A DNA stretch of 64,000 bases from Candidatus Omnitrophota bacterium (GCA_026387475.1 JAPLLN010000049.1:16556-80555), one strand, 5' to 3'; shown: positions 32,396-42,663, counted from the stretch's first letter. The notes: a model not told the origin generated them from the sequence alone. Program-made: numbers and translations.

Positions 32396-32435
32396 TAAAA
32401 ATGGCGCCCTTGATTTCATCGCGTTAGGCGCCATT
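32396..32435 (-). terminator. Probable terminator after the 888-aa TPR gene
   Basis: AATGGCGCC...GGCGCCATT inverted repeat followed by a short T run on the minus strand. Confidence 0.55.
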
Positions 32436-32440
32436 AATTC

Positions 32441-32472
32441 AGATTGGACATTAATTTTCCAGATTGGACATT
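32441..32472. repeat. Pair of AGATTGGACATT motifs (20-bp period)
   Basis: Exact copies at 32441-32452 and 32461-32472. Confidence 0.95.
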
Positions 32473-32497
32473 AATCTGGGCAGCAATTCTTAAGATT

Positions 32498-35128
32498 TTA
32501 CTTTATTTTACCCGTAATCAAGCCGACTGCTAACTGCCTATCCTTTCTCGCGTCCTCGATATTCCCTAATTTTGCATTAGCTGAAGAGCGAAATCCGAGG
32601 GCCTTGTCGTTTTTAGGCTCATATTCTAGGACTTTAGTAAAAGTCTCAACTGCACCTTGATAATCGCGCGCATAAAATAACTGTTTTCCTTGTTCATAAT
32701 AATCTTGGGCGGCTTTAGCATCTGTTTGTGTTTGACTGGAGTCAGCGGTTGGTTTGTTTACAGGCGAAACCCAAAATCTATCCGGTACTATCAAGAGATT
32801 ATTGTCTTTCAACTGTATAATCTGATCACTGCTATTTATAGGATTATGGACATCGGTCAACGGTTCCGGCTTTATAGTGAACACAGCGCCATTTTCAAGG
32901 GTAATCTTTTGTTCTCTTGTTGAACTTGCTGGCGAACTTAATTCTACTTGCGGCCCCGGAGCTGCCGCGGGAACGATTGCGGAAACGGTTGGCACAGCAG
33001 GCGCTACCGGACTCACTGCAGCCGGTTGCGGTAGAGCGGCCACGGATTTGTGCGCAGCAAGGCTGGCTTCTCCAAGAACTCTCTCAAACTCCGGTTGAAA
33101 GTTCCCACCCAAGGCTTGCGTTGCCGCCACATCTGACCAGGCATCATCATAATTATGCAACAGGTAATTCGTTATGGCGCGGCCATTGTAACTGGCTGAG
33201 TCGCCCGGATCAAGCTTTATGGCTTCGGTAAAACCGGCTTTAGCTTCTTCATTCTTTCCTAAATAAGCCAATGCATCCGCGCGGTTGTAATGCGTTTCGG
33301 CTAATCCGGGATCAAGTTTTATCGCTTTATCAAAATTAGCAATAGCTGTGGCTTGATCAAATTTATTATTATAGGCAACACCCCTGTTATTAAACGCAAT
33401 GGCATCGTTGGGATTCATCCCGATAGATCTATCATATTCGCGGATTGCCTCATCATACTTACCTTCCATGAAAAAAGAGTCACCTGTCAGCCTTCCTTCC
33501 CTGGCTTGCTCAATTTTATCTTTAGGAGCTGCCGGACTCACTGCAGCCGGTTGCGGCAAAGCAACACCCGGAGGCGAAGATACTATGGGTATTGATTTGG
33601 AGCTAACAGCGGGAGCATTTGTCTGGCCTGATCCCACCGACGGCGCTGCAGACAAACGATCCAAAGCCTCCGATGGAATTCCGTATGGAAGATCATCTTG
33701 CGGCATAGAAATCTTAGATACTGGAGCCACCGGCGTAACGGCCGGCGCAGCCGCTAAAGCAGGCCCAGTTACTGCTGCGGCTTGCACAAGAGCAGGAGCC
33801 AACGGCTGTTGATCTAAATTATCGAGGATATCGGCCGGACCTGCAGAACCCCGAGTATAAGGAGCATATACTGGTTCAGCTACTACTGGGGCACTTACAG
33901 CTGCCACAGGGACGCTTGCAACTGCGGGGACCGGATCGTAAACATACGTACGTCCCGACGGATAAGTATAGGTAGCTACCACTGGAACAGCCGGCGCTGG
34001 ATTCTTATCATATACATACCGCCTGCCTGAAGGATAAACCCCGGAGTCAGTCAGCAGATAAGGCATCTCTGAATTTTTGTTTTCATTAGTAACTGCATAA
34101 ACTGGAATATTTTTTGTCATTGTCGCTGCGAAAGTCGCTACCGGAGCAGGTTTTTCTTCTATAAATGTTGCCGCAAAAGTCGCTACCGGAGGCTCCGGGA
34201 TACTGCTTCCTGCGCGATTAGCCGTATAGACCTCGCCAGAATATCTCTGGGCTTCGCGAATATCATTGAATGTCCTACCGGCAACTTCCCAGGTATTAGG
34301 CGCTCTCTCAATAATCGAATAGTCCCCTGCTCCGCCGGCCGGCTTAGACTGCTCTACCGTAAACGTCGCTGCTGGCGCCGGAGATACAACGTCTTTCGCG
34401 CTAAGCATTACATTCGGATAATAGTTATTTATTTTGTCAATCTGATAAGGCGTATCCCCTATAGGTTTACCGCCCTTGAACAACCAATGCTCATATTGCA
34501 TCTTATCAAGGTTTGTTGCTGACATTGCTCCGTTAAAATCCGGCTTAGGCGGTTCGGGTATCTTATAACCGTGGGCTGAAATTGTGCCGGGGACAGGATC
34601 CCCGATTGAAATCGGAGGCCCGGTAATACCAAATGAGGTTTGAATAGGATCCATATACTGCGCTGCGTTGATCGTCGGCAACGGTAATTGCGCCATATCC
34701 GGAAGCGGCGTTGTGGCATAAAGCACATCTGACTGGGGAAGAGAAAAAGAAGGAAACGCAGGATTGATATTATTGGTGATGTCGAAAGAGGCAAGCTGCG
34801 CAGAATTATCGACCTGCATATATCCGCCGGCATCAATATATGCGGGCGGCAAGAATGGTTGCTGCGCAGGCATCTGTTCAGTAAGACTAAAAGGAGCGAC
34901 AGCCGGCGCCTCCTGCGGTAAACTCGGCATAACCGCGTAAGAATCATCAAAAGCGGGTGTCACCTCTGGCCCCAAATTGTATACCTCTTGCGTTACCTCC
35001 GGAGAATAGTAATTCGTATCAGCCATCGATTCCTCGTTCTCCGCGCGCAGGATCCCGGTCAGAAAAAAGCTAGCAATAAACATGAAGCCGATTGAAATTA
35101 AAACTTTGCTGTTTTTGTGATTATTCAT
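32498..35128 (-). CDS. Secreted Pro/Ala-rich TPR protein
   Basis: Signal peptide (..FFLTGILRA), long low-complexity region and TPRs (AFNNRGVAY, THYNRADA, YYEQGKQLF). ATG 35128 has a GGAGG RBS and is preferred over 35164. Confidence 0.88.
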   Translation of the reverse strand: MNNHKNSKVLISIGFMFIASFFLTGILRAENEESMADTNYYSPEVTQEVYNLGPEVTPAFDDSYAVMPSLPQEAPAVAPFSLTEQMPAQQPFLPPAYIDAGGYMQVDNSAQLASFDITNNINPAFPSFSLPQSDVLYATTPLPDMAQLPLPTINAAQYMDPIQTSFGITGPPISIGDPVPGTISAHGYKIPEPPKPDFNGAMSATNLDKMQYEHWLFKGGKPIGDTPYQIDKINNYYPNVMLSAKDVVSPAPAATFTVEQSKPAGGAGDYSIIERAPNTWEVAGRTFNDIREAQRYSGEVYTANRAGSSIPEPPVATFAATFIEEKPAPVATFAATMTKNIPVYAVTNENKNSEMPYLLTDSGVYPSGRRYVYDKNPAPAVPVVATYTYPSGRTYVYDPVPAVASVPVAAVSAPVVAEPVYAPYTRGSAGPADILDNLDQQPLAPALVQAAAVTGPALAAAPAVTPVAPVSKISMPQDDLPYGIPSEALDRLSAAPSVGSGQTNAPAVSSKSIPIVSSPPGVALPQPAAVSPAAPKDKIEQAREGRLTGDSFFMEGKYDEAIREYDRSIGMNPNDAIAFNNRGVAYNNKFDQATAIANFDKAIKLDPGLAETHYNRADALAYLGKNEEAKAGFTEAIKLDPGDSASYNGRAITNYLLHNYDDAWSDVAATQALGGNFQPEFERVLGEASLAAHKSVAALPQPAAVSPVAPAVPTVSAIVPAAAPGPQVELSSPASSTREQKITLENGAVFTIKPEPLTDVHNPINSSDQIIQLKDNNLLIVPDRFWVSPVNKPTADSSQTQTDAKAAQDYYEQGKQLFYARDYQGAVETFTKVLEYEPKNDKALGFRSSANAKLGNIEDARKDRQLAVGLITGKIK

Positions 35129-35173
35129 GAGTCGGCCCTCCTTGGATAAATAAACAACTGTCAACTTATATTA

Positions 35174-35202
35174 AGTTTATCCTATATAGCAGGGGTATTC
35201 AA
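35174..35202 (-). promoter_or_regulatory. Putative sigma70 promoter for the TPR gene
   Basis: TTGAAT-N17-TAAACT. Confidence 0.5.
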
Positions 35203-35357
35203 GAGTAGATCGTGATAAAAAGGAAGCGTTTTCGTGCGGGGAGCTTAACAAAAAAGGAAGGGGCAGTGAAGCTATTTTCGCAAGCCGCGGGACGACTTTT
35301 GAGCCCCTTCCTAAATTTATCTTACTGCCAGATTTATCAATTAAACCGCTTTAATTC

Positions 35358-35391
35358 AGATTGGACATTAATTCTGCCCAGATTGGACATT
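35358..35391. repeat. Pair of AGATTGGACATT motifs overlapping the end of the 965-aa gene
   Basis: Copies at 35358-35369 and 35380-35391. TTAATTCAGATTGGACATTAATT is shared with 32434-32456. Confidence 0.95.
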
Positions 35392-38265
35392 CGTAAATGA
35401 CTGATTGTCAATAACTGTATACACTTTCCCCGAACTAGGGTTAGTTAATGTTAGGACTGATCCGGGTTCTTTAGGCAAAATAGTATTCACGCTGCCAACA
35501 GGAAGGTCGCCCTGGTAAACAACCGCCCTGCCATCTTTATAATCTAAGGTAACTTTCAGTGGCCCATGTTTAACTATGCCGTATTTGGGGTCGTTTTCGG
35601 TTGTAGTAAGATCATAATTCCCTGGTGCGATTTCAGCAGCTGCGTTATTCAGAGTGACTATTACAGGTTTACTAGCATCCGGTATAGACTGGGTTGGCTC
35701 AAAGAAGGAACTAGGAGCACTTGGCGGTATGGTGACGGCAATAGGGATCTGATTTGATTTTCCAGCGTCGTAGCCGGGTATCGGTACCGTAGTTAGGGTT
35801 TCAGAAGGCTGCATCACTTGCGGAGTCCTCGCTAAATCAGTTAGCGGCGGCGCGAGCGAGTCTCTGCTGGCAAACTCGGGAGTAACCGGTAAAGGCATCG
35901 GCTTTATGGGCAGCGTTCCCCAATTAAACGCCTCCGCATCAGCATCATTCCTCTCTAAGGCGTTGGACCTAACATAAACATCAGTTCTTCCGGTAACCGA
36001 ATTATAGATAGGAAAACGAGTCTCCGGGCCATTATAGTCGCGAGGCACCAATTCATATAATACTTTATCGGTTCCTTCCTTGTAAATGGGCTGTCCGGAG
36101 ACCCAAGAACCGCCTTCGGGAGCCAGATTTGGATCATAGACGACAGTAGCGACTGCCGGCTGATTCGGCGATACGGCTGAAGGGCTTACACGATTCTGCT
36201 CGAAGAAATTAACAGGTCCCGGAGATTTAAAGTCCTTCCATTTTGCCTCAAATTCTGCTACGGTCGGTTTTGTCGCTGGGTCAAACGGATCTCTTATCTT
36301 TGCCGGGGGTTCGTTTGGATGCTGAATCTGATATGCAGAATCTTTCAACCATTGACCAACATTCTCTGCGGCTTTTGTAACAGGAGAGACTGCACCCCTT
36401 TCTCCCCAAGAATCCTGCGCTTGTTTTGTCAGGTTCTCTAAATACTGTTCTTTTTTAACATCCTGCTCAGCTCTCATAGAAACGGGGAGCGGCGCTAATG
36501 TCTTTCCTTCTCCTTCGGGGCTTACTATCGGCGCCTCTGCGAAGGAGCTCGGATTACGCAAGGGAACATAAAGCTGCTTTGGTTTTGCTGAGTAGTCAGC
36601 AGGTACCGGCACCGTGGTTAGACCTTGCGAAGGCGGTTCTACCGTAGACGGCCGAGAGCCGGTGAGACCGGCTTCGAAAGAATCAACTGTTTCAGGTATG
36701 CTTACAGGAGCCGGATTGAATAGGCTTTGTGAAATTACCGGTAAAACCGGTAGCCCTGCATCAACTTCTGATGGCGGAGAAATATTCGGTTTAAACTCCA
36801 ATGGCCGTATTAAACCAACAGGCGCTTTCACCTGATAAAGCTTCTCATCTGGTAGACCACTACCCGGAGGGCCTGCAGTATTTATTTTATCAATAAAATC
36901 AGACGCGGATGCTTGAGGAGTCCCGCCCGGAAGGCCTAAAACTGCTCCAGTATTATTAATCTGCTCCTGCAAACCGGAAGAAATGCTCGGCTTATAGCCT
37001 CCTTCTTCCAGATTGAAACCCACAGGATACTCTGGTTTATTAGAAAGATAGGCTTCGGATAGTGCCGGATATGGCTGCGAAACTGCCGGAAGCGGCTGGC
37101 TTACCTGCTGCGCAGTTGATTGGGGTAGAGAATAACCGGACCATGTCCTAGCGTCTTCCGGAGAAGCGCCATTTCTTATCGCAGATTCGTATTGCCATTG
37201 CGGAGTATTCCACGCCGGCGCCTGTGAAGTAGCAGCTTCCTGCGCCTGCGGAAGAATCATAGGAAGAGGCGGATTAATATTATACGTCTTGACGGAAATT
37301 GGAAGAAGACTCTTTCCCTCCCAATCCGACGGAAGCTGTTCCATAGGATATTCGGGATACGAAACAGTCAACCCAGAAGGGGTTGTGGTCCGAATCGTAG
37401 CATTAGTATCACCTTTACCGGTAACTACCGGAGCTTCTATTTCCGGGGTTTCTCCTGTGCGCAAACCCAACCAATTACGGCCGGCGCCATCAAGCTTAGT
37501 CTGCTTAACTCCTGATGACATAGTTTCATAGCTGGTATTCAAGTCTAATTTATGAGCAGCTAAACTCCCCAGCGAACCAGTTACATTATACGCTCCGCTA
37601 AATGCCTGATTAATCACATACCTGTCCATCATACCTTTACCTTCGGTCATCTCGCTTGCCGCGATACTTAACAGATGGGAAGGAATACCTTGCACCAAAT
37701 CGCCTAAGGCGGCTTTTGAAACAGATCCACCGGCAAAATCTCCGGCCATACCTGCGGCAAGGCCGACCCACGGGCTATACTCACCCTTACTATTCGAAGC
37801 AGCATATATAATTCCGCTCTTGACTATACTCTCCGGTATGGCTCCGGGACTACCGCTGATCAACCCCGAACCCAAACCCGTTCCTAATGAACTTATCCCG
37901 GAGATAGCCTGGCCGCCCCAGCCGTAATAATTACCCATCGCCGATATTCCATAACTCAACTGGCCGGTGGCAAGATTAGAGGCATAACTATTCCCCCACG
38001 AACCAAGGGCGCTCATCGCGCTGAAATTGCTAAGATTCCCGCCGCTTGAAATCGCGCTTGAAGCCGCGCTCCCGGCAACAGAAGAAGCCACACCTATGGC
38101 TGTCCCCACGGCAAAAGTCCCTGCGTCAAAACTATCTGTCTTGCCGCCGCCGGCGGTAGAACGGGAGGCAAACGCCTTTGCGGGTAAAGAAAAGGATAAA
38201 GCGAATGCGCAGGCTAAACATACCGCGCTAATTTTTAATATCCTCATCCTTTTCATTTTAATCAC
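35368..38265 (-). CDS. Secreted protein with a Gly/Ser/Ala-rich N-region and a Pro-rich C-region
   Basis: 965-aa ORF with a signal peptide (..SLPAKAFA), last gene of the pilin operon, overlapping the upstream stop codon. Confidence 0.85.
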   Translation of the reverse strand: MIKMKRMRILKISAVCLACAFALSFSLPAKAFASRSTAGGGKTDSFDAGTFAVGTAIGVASSVAGSAASSAISSGGNLSNFSAMSALGSWGNSYASNLATGQLSYGISAMGNYYGWGGQAISGISSLGTGLGSGLISGSPGAIPESIVKSGIIYAASNSKGEYSPWVGLAAGMAGDFAGGSVSKAALGDLVQGIPSHLLSIAASEMTEGKGMMDRYVINQAFSGAYNVTGSLGSLAAHKLDLNTSYETMSSGVKQTKLDGAGRNWLGLRTGETPEIEAPVVTGKGDTNATIRTTTPSGLTVSYPEYPMEQLPSDWEGKSLLPISVKTYNINPPLPMILPQAQEAATSQAPAWNTPQWQYESAIRNGASPEDARTWSGYSLPQSTAQQVSQPLPAVSQPYPALSEAYLSNKPEYPVGFNLEEGGYKPSISSGLQEQINNTGAVLGLPGGTPQASASDFIDKINTAGPPGSGLPDEKLYQVKAPVGLIRPLEFKPNISPPSEVDAGLPVLPVISQSLFNPAPVSIPETVDSFEAGLTGSRPSTVEPPSQGLTTVPVPADYSAKPKQLYVPLRNPSSFAEAPIVSPEGEGKTLAPLPVSMRAEQDVKKEQYLENLTKQAQDSWGERGAVSPVTKAAENVGQWLKDSAYQIQHPNEPPAKIRDPFDPATKPTVAEFEAKWKDFKSPGPVNFFEQNRVSPSAVSPNQPAVATVVYDPNLAPEGGSWVSGQPIYKEGTDKVLYELVPRDYNGPETRFPIYNSVTGRTDVYVRSNALERNDADAEAFNWGTLPIKPMPLPVTPEFASRDSLAPPLTDLARTPQVMQPSETLTTVPIPGYDAGKSNQIPIAVTIPPSAPSSFFEPTQSIPDASKPVIVTLNNAAAEIAPGNYDLTTTENDPKYGIVKHGPLKVTLDYKDGRAVVYQGDLPVGSVNTILPKEPGSVLTLTNPSSGKVYTVIDNQSFTNVQSGQN

Positions 38266-38456
38266 TACCTTTCGTTGGTAATCTGCGTTACCCCGGGCTC
38301 ATACTGCTCGCCCTGGCCGAATGTATCCGCGGTCTCGCGCGCGCGCTCGTGGAATGCCCGCTGCAAAAATATGCGCATCCCGATAAAAGCGCCCAGCACG
38401 ATCAAAACCAATGCCACATATTCAATCAACCCCTGCGCCCTAATGTTTGGCTTCAT
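38265..38456 (-). CDS. Flp/Tad-type minor prepilin
   Basis: RA|QGLIEY plus hydrophobic helix and GEQYEPG. Confidence 0.85.
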   Translation of the reverse strand: MKPNIRAQGLIEYVALVLIVLGAFIGMRIFLQRAFHERARETADTFGQGEQYEPGVTQITNER

Positions 38457-39237
38457 AATCCACCGCTATGTTAGTGACGCTCTTGCCTAAATCCGGCAAT
38501 TCTTTCTCAAAAGTAACCTGGGATAACCCGATTTTACAGGTATCATTACGGTTATTAGAAAATACCAGCTCTTTCACTGCCGCGCGGGTATTCTTTACGC
38601 CTGCCATCGGCACTTGCGCAAGGGGGCTTTCGCTCTCCAACTTCCACCCCCGGAGGACCATATTATTCTTATAAAACAAAACAACTTCAGCTAATCCGTC
38701 CTTGCAGTAATAATTCACCGATTGCCCGCCGGGCCCTTCTATGAGATTTATCAATACCGCTGCCGGATAAACCGGAGCAATATCTTTTTTAGGCTTAGCC
38801 AGGAGGCGGGTTTCGCCTGCCGCCCCGGGCTCTTCTTTTATTTTACCGCGGGAGACCGTAAACCTGGTCTTGCCGTCTTGGAAATATTGCGCCGGAGGAA
38901 ATACGATGATAATACGCTCCTCTCCGTTATCAAACGCCAGCATATTATCTATAACAGCGGCATTAGCCGGCGGAACATTCTTACCTAAATTAATTTCTCT
39001 CCAATTAGAAGCAACGAGTTGTTTGCGGTAGAAATTTTTTACCGCATCCCCGCTTTCATTAGTTACGTAATAGGTAAAATGCTGCTTTGAGCCGGCGATC
39101 AACCTGTCCTCTTCTATTGTCTTCCGGGCCCCGTATGGCACCGGGGTAGAGGCCTGCCCCCACCAATCAGCATAAAGCCAGCTAACCTGAAAAAGGGTTA
39201 TAATAATCAATGCTAATAAAGTACGCTTACCTGACAT
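38440..39237 (-). CDS. Exported hypothetical protein with two similar halves
   Basis: Signal peptide; repeated P.Y...V..FY...[LM]V...W pattern. Confidence 0.8.
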   Translation of the reverse strand: MSGKRTLLALIIITLFQVSWLYADWWGQASTPVPYGARKTIEEDRLIAGSKQHFTYYVTNESGDAVKNFYRKQLVASNWREINLGKNVPPANAAVIDNMLAFDNGEERIIIVFPPAQYFQDGKTRFTVSRGKIKEEPGAAGETRLLAKPKKDIAPVYPAAVLINLIEGPGGQSVNYYCKDGLAEVVLFYKNNMVLRGWKLESESPLAQVPMAGVKNTRAAVKELVFSNNRNDTCKIGLSQVTFEKELPDLGKSVTNIAVDYEAKH

Positions 39238-39246
39238 TTTATCTCC

Positions 39247-40650
39247 TTACTTACCCGTCGTGCTAAGCTTATCCGTATCGATAATATCCGAGTCAAATTC
39301 CATTCTCGGCGGGTATATTTGACCGCCCTGCTGGCCAATATTTCCCTGAAAACTTACCAAGCTGTAACTATAAATATCCGGATACGCGGTCTGCCAGAGG
39401 CCCAAGTCCGTTCCCTCGTGATGTTGATGGGTGTGAACCGTAACAAAGCGTTCATTATCCCAGGGCTTTACGTCGTTAATCCAACAGATAATATCCAGCG
39501 CGTCTCCTTCGCTATCTTTTGTCGAACGCTCCGGCATTAATCCGGCTTCAGCCGCAACAAGCAGGGCGATCATGGCGGGGATTAAAGCGATCGCTGCCAG
39601 CACCGCTGCATTACCTACCCCTGCCGACGCCTGGCCTGCTGCAGATAAGTTGCACGCAGCTACATAACCATCTGGAAATGGTTTGCCACATTGAATCACG
39701 GCAAGAGCGAAAAACTTAGCAGCAGTCCTATATGCCTCACCAGCTGCAATCATATCTGCCTTAGCGCTCAAACCCAGGCCTAAAATAGAGGCTAAATCCG
39801 CTAACTCCACGGCTAACGGAAATACGCAAACCTGTAAATCAAAGGTATCCGGTTTTTCAATCGTCGAGTTTATCTTCACAAAATGGCCCCTGTCTTGTCC
39901 GTCTTTCCACGGATAAATATATTCATCCGGAGGGGTGTCTTCTTTAGCCAGATTAGAGATAGAAGTCAAAAACTCACTGAAGCTCCCCTGATAATCACGT
40001 TTTTTATCCGGATCAGTTACATCTTCGGGCGGGTCTCCGCTCCTTAATTTGTTCCCTATCCCGCTGTTGGCAAAAGCAAAGGTATAAGAATAACCCTTGG
40101 CATAATTGTGTTGTTTTTTCGCAGTCTCGCGTATCTTCAAATAGGTGAAATACTGGCCTGTCCAGAAACCCAGAACAGCGAGATTTAAAGCTATGATGAT
40201 CTTAGTAAAGCTTGCTAACTCTGCAGCGGATGCGACTGCTGCTAAGTTAGCCACACCAGATTTTGCTAAACCAATAGGAGCAGCGCAACAGGCTGCTCCT
40301 GTCGCTATTATGCCGGCTGCCGTGGCTTGATTTGCATAGGTTTGCGCAAATGCTAATTTTATCAGTGCCGTAGCAAAAGATACGCTAAAAGAAGCGTAAA
40401 ACATCCAGTATTTTGCTTCTAACGTGCTATTACTCTGGGCAATGCCGTTAAATAAGCTCGCCATAGTCGAGCCTCCGGCGAGCGCTCCGGAGTCTGCGGC
40501 GTTAGCCCCGTAAGTCTTGGTCATCGCCACCTTACTTAAATTCACCGAGACCATCGCCATAATAATGAGCACAACCAACACGATGATAAATATCGGGACC
40601 ATCTGGCCCTGTTCATACCTGAATTTATTTTTGGAAAAATTTGTAAACAT
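39247..40650 (-). CDS. TadG-like pilus-associated protein with a Cys/Ala-rich insert
   Basis: QG|QMVPIF.. TM, then ANAADSGALAG (Tad N-terminal motif). Confidence 0.8.
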   Translation of the reverse strand: MFTNFSKNKFRYEQGQMVPIFIIVLVVLIIMAMVSVNLSKVAMTKTYGANAADSGALAGGSTMASLFNGIAQSNSTLEAKYWMFYASFSVSFATALIKLAFAQTYANQATAAGIIATGAACCAAPIGLAKSGVANLAAVASAAELASFTKIIIALNLAVLGFWTGQYFTYLKIRETAKKQHNYAKGYSYTFAFANSGIGNKLRSGDPPEDVTDPDKKRDYQGSFSEFLTSISNLAKEDTPPDEYIYPWKDGQDRGHFVKINSTIEKPDTFDLQVCVFPLAVELADLASILGLGLSAKADMIAAGEAYRTAAKFFALAVIQCGKPFPDGYVAACNLSAAGQASAGVGNAAVLAAIALIPAMIALLVAAEAGLMPERSTKDSEGDALDIICWINDVKPWDNERFVTVHTHQHHEGTDLGLWQTAYPDIYSYSLVSFQGNIGQQGGQIYPPRMEFDSDIIDTDKLSTTGK

Positions 40651-40662
40651 CGCCGCCCTTCC

Positions 40663-40911
40663 TTACTTCACTATAACCTTATTCTCAGTAAGCGCCTCCG
40701 GGACATAATTCCAACTCACGGGCTGAATGTAGTCGTCTTTACCTGTCCCGGCAGTAACGCGCGTATTATTGTAAGCGACCTGGCGTTTGATCATCTGATT
40801 ATTAAACCAGAACCAGATATTCACCATCCCGCCGAGGACAATGACCAGGATGATAAACGCCATCACTGTCTCAATGGTCCCCTGTCCTTTATTATTGCGC
40901 GCGCTCCTCAT
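40663..40911 (-). CDS. TadE-like pseudopilin
   Basis: KG|QGTIE plus TM. Confidence 0.8.
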   Translation of the reverse strand: MRSARNNKGQGTIETVMAFIILVIVLGGMVNIWFWFNNQMIKRQVAYNNTRVTAGTGKDDYIQPVSWNYVPEALTENKVIVK

Positions 40912-40912
40912 T

Positions 40913-41572
40913 TTAATGCCCGGGTGTATACCACGTCCGGCCCCTTTCTACTTCTGTGCCTGTCGCAGCCTCGCTATACCGGTACTGGTGCGTATTCGGA
41001 TCGTAATAAACTCCCTGCGTAACTGTCCAGAGAGGCTTATTATCTTTATCTACTAGAGTGGTGGTGATAGTATCTTTTAAAGTCGAGGAGCGGATATTGG
41101 TAATGCCCGCCGCATCCTCCTGCTTACGCGTGCTCTCTTTAAATTGCGTATCTTGAGAAGTCGTTACGTTCTGCACGCTCCCGATATCTTTAAGATTAGG
41201 GGAATAATTATCGTTTACTTTGTAATAATTAGCGCTCTCTCCGGCGCTCCCTACTTCGGGGACCGACCATAGGACGCTGGCGTTGGCATTAGTGGTCTGG
41301 GAACTTCCTTTTCTGAAATACCCGGAGATATCCGCGTCTCTCCTATTCTCTAAAAGCGAGAGCTGTACCGAGCCTCCGCCTGCCGAAGGCGTATTGATCC
41401 CGCCGTAGTTAGCTATCTGCAGCGCTTCGCGGAAGGTGCGCATCTGCACATACTGCAGGTCATTGGCGCGGCTTAAATAAGAGAGGAGGATGCCGAAGAT
41501 GACCAGTATAAGGCTGCCGAATATTGCCAGCTCTAACAATGCCTGCCCTCTTATGTTCCTACCACGTATCAT
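40913..41572 (-). CDS. TadE-like pseudopilin
   Basis: RG|QALLE plus TM. Confidence 0.8.
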   Translation of the reverse strand: MIRGRNIRGQALLELAIFGSLILVIFGILLSYLSRANDLQYVQMRTFREALQIANYGGINTPSAGGGSVQLSLLENRRDADISGYFRKGSSQTTNANASVLWSVPEVGSAGESANYYKVNDNYSPNLKDIGSVQNVTTSQDTQFKESTRKQEDAAGITNIRSSTLKDTITTTLVDKDNKPLWTVTQGVYYDPNTHQYRYSEAATGTEVERGRTWYTPGH

Positions 41573-41581
41573 TTTAGCCCC

Positions 41582-41992
41582 CTACTGCTGCTGTTCGGTA
41601 TTGCTGGACGTATTCGAACTCTGATAAACAACGCCGGAATCCGATAAAGCTGCCGAGACCCCGGTAGTATCGATAATCCTGCGCGTATCCACCACATTGG
41701 AACTTGAACTGGATTGCGCGACTTCATTTAAACTGATAGCTCTGGCTCCTCCCAACATATCTATAGAGGTCATATTCGAAGCAGAATTAGAAGTGCTGTT
41801 GCTTGAGACTATGGCATTGACATAATAATCCGCAGCCTGCATCTGGTTCCCGCCGCCGATAAAATTATCCGCCATATCCTTGACCTGCCCCTGAAAAGAG
41901 CGCTTGATATAGGTGCTCATCGCAAACAAAACAATAGCGATGATCCCGAAAATAATGCTGTATTCCAGAACTGAAGCGGCTCTTTTATTCAT
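41582..41992 (-). CDS. Minor prepilin
   Basis: RA|ASVLEY, YIKRSFQG. Confidence 0.82.
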   Translation of the reverse strand: MNKRAASVLEYSIIFGIIAIVLFAMSTYIKRSFQGQVKDMADNFIGGGNQMQAADYYVNAIVSSNSTSNSASNMTSIDMLGGARAISLNEVAQSSSSSNVVDTRRIIDTTGVSAALSDSGVVYQSSNTSSNTEQQQ

Positions 41993-41994
41993 TT

Positions 41995-42324
41995 CTACCT
42001 CAAAGGTTCCTGATCCACGCTTAAAACATTCTCAACGCGGTTAGTCTGCTGCAGCGTGTTGGCGCTGGACTCATAAATGCTCCGGTTCGTGCCGTTTATC
42101 TCCTGCTCGTAACTTGACCCTTTTTCATTCACCTCGCGGTTTATGGTGATATCCGAGATAGTCGCGCCCGGAGAATAACTAACCGCCCCGATCTGCTCGG
42201 CGCTTGTCTTGATCTTTCCCTGTATCCCGCCCTTTAAGTATATCTGCATACCGACGAGCGCGGCGACCAGAATACAGATAAAGACCGCGTACTCCACCAG
42301 GCTTTGGGCGCTATTTCTCATCAC
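41995..42324 (-). CDS. Minor prepilin
   Basis: SA|QSLVEY, YLKGGIQG. Confidence 0.82.
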   Translation of the reverse strand: MMRNSAQSLVEYAVFICILVAALVGMQIYLKGGIQGKIKTSAEQIGAVSYSPGATISDITINREVNEKGSSYEQEINGTNRSIYESSANTLQQTNRVENVLSVDQEPLR

Positions 42325-42325
42325 T

Positions 42326-42487
42326 CTACCTCTTAGTCTCGTCCAGCTCGGTCTGCACCTGTTTAAAACGGGCGTTTACCGAGCGCTGCATATAAACATA
42401 CATCGCCACGAGTGCCGCGGAGACTATCATGATCAGCATCGCGTACTCTAACAAACTCTGGGCTCTTTTCCTTAAGAAGATTTTCAT
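42326..42487 (-). CDS. Flp-like prepilin, 53 aa (below the ORF-track cutoff)
   Basis: MKIFLRKRA|QSLLEYAMLIMIVSAALVAMYVYMQRSVNARFKQVQTELDETKR. Confidence 0.85.
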   Translation of the reverse strand: MKIFLRKRAQSLLEYAMLIMIVSAALVAMYVYMQRSVNARFKQVQTELDETKR

Positions 42488-42503
42488 CGCGGCCCCTTTC
42501 ATT

Positions 42504-42662
42504 TTACTGCTTCATTCCGGAAATGATCCCGGAGGCCTTATTAAAATATTTCTGAAAAGCGTTCTTAATGTTATCCTTAAATCCCGCGGCGATCACCGCC
42601 GCAAGGACCACTATCATGATAATGGCGTATTCCGCTATACTTTGAGCCCGGTGGTCTTTCAT
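42504..42662 (-). CDS. Flp-like prepilin, 52 aa (below the ORF-track cutoff)
   Basis: MKDHRA|QSIAEYAIIMIVVLAAVIAAGFKDNIKNAFQKYFNKASGIISGMKQ. Confidence 0.85.
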   Translation of the reverse strand: MKDHRAQSIAEYAIIMIVVLAAVIAAGFKDNIKNAFQKYFNKASGIISGMKQ

Positions 42663-42663
42663 C

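Noticed and set aside
32441-35391. AGATTGGACATT repeats as a CRISPR array
   Set aside because: Units are 12-23 bp, in pairs with 8-10 bp gaps. There are no spacer-length intervals and no cas genes.
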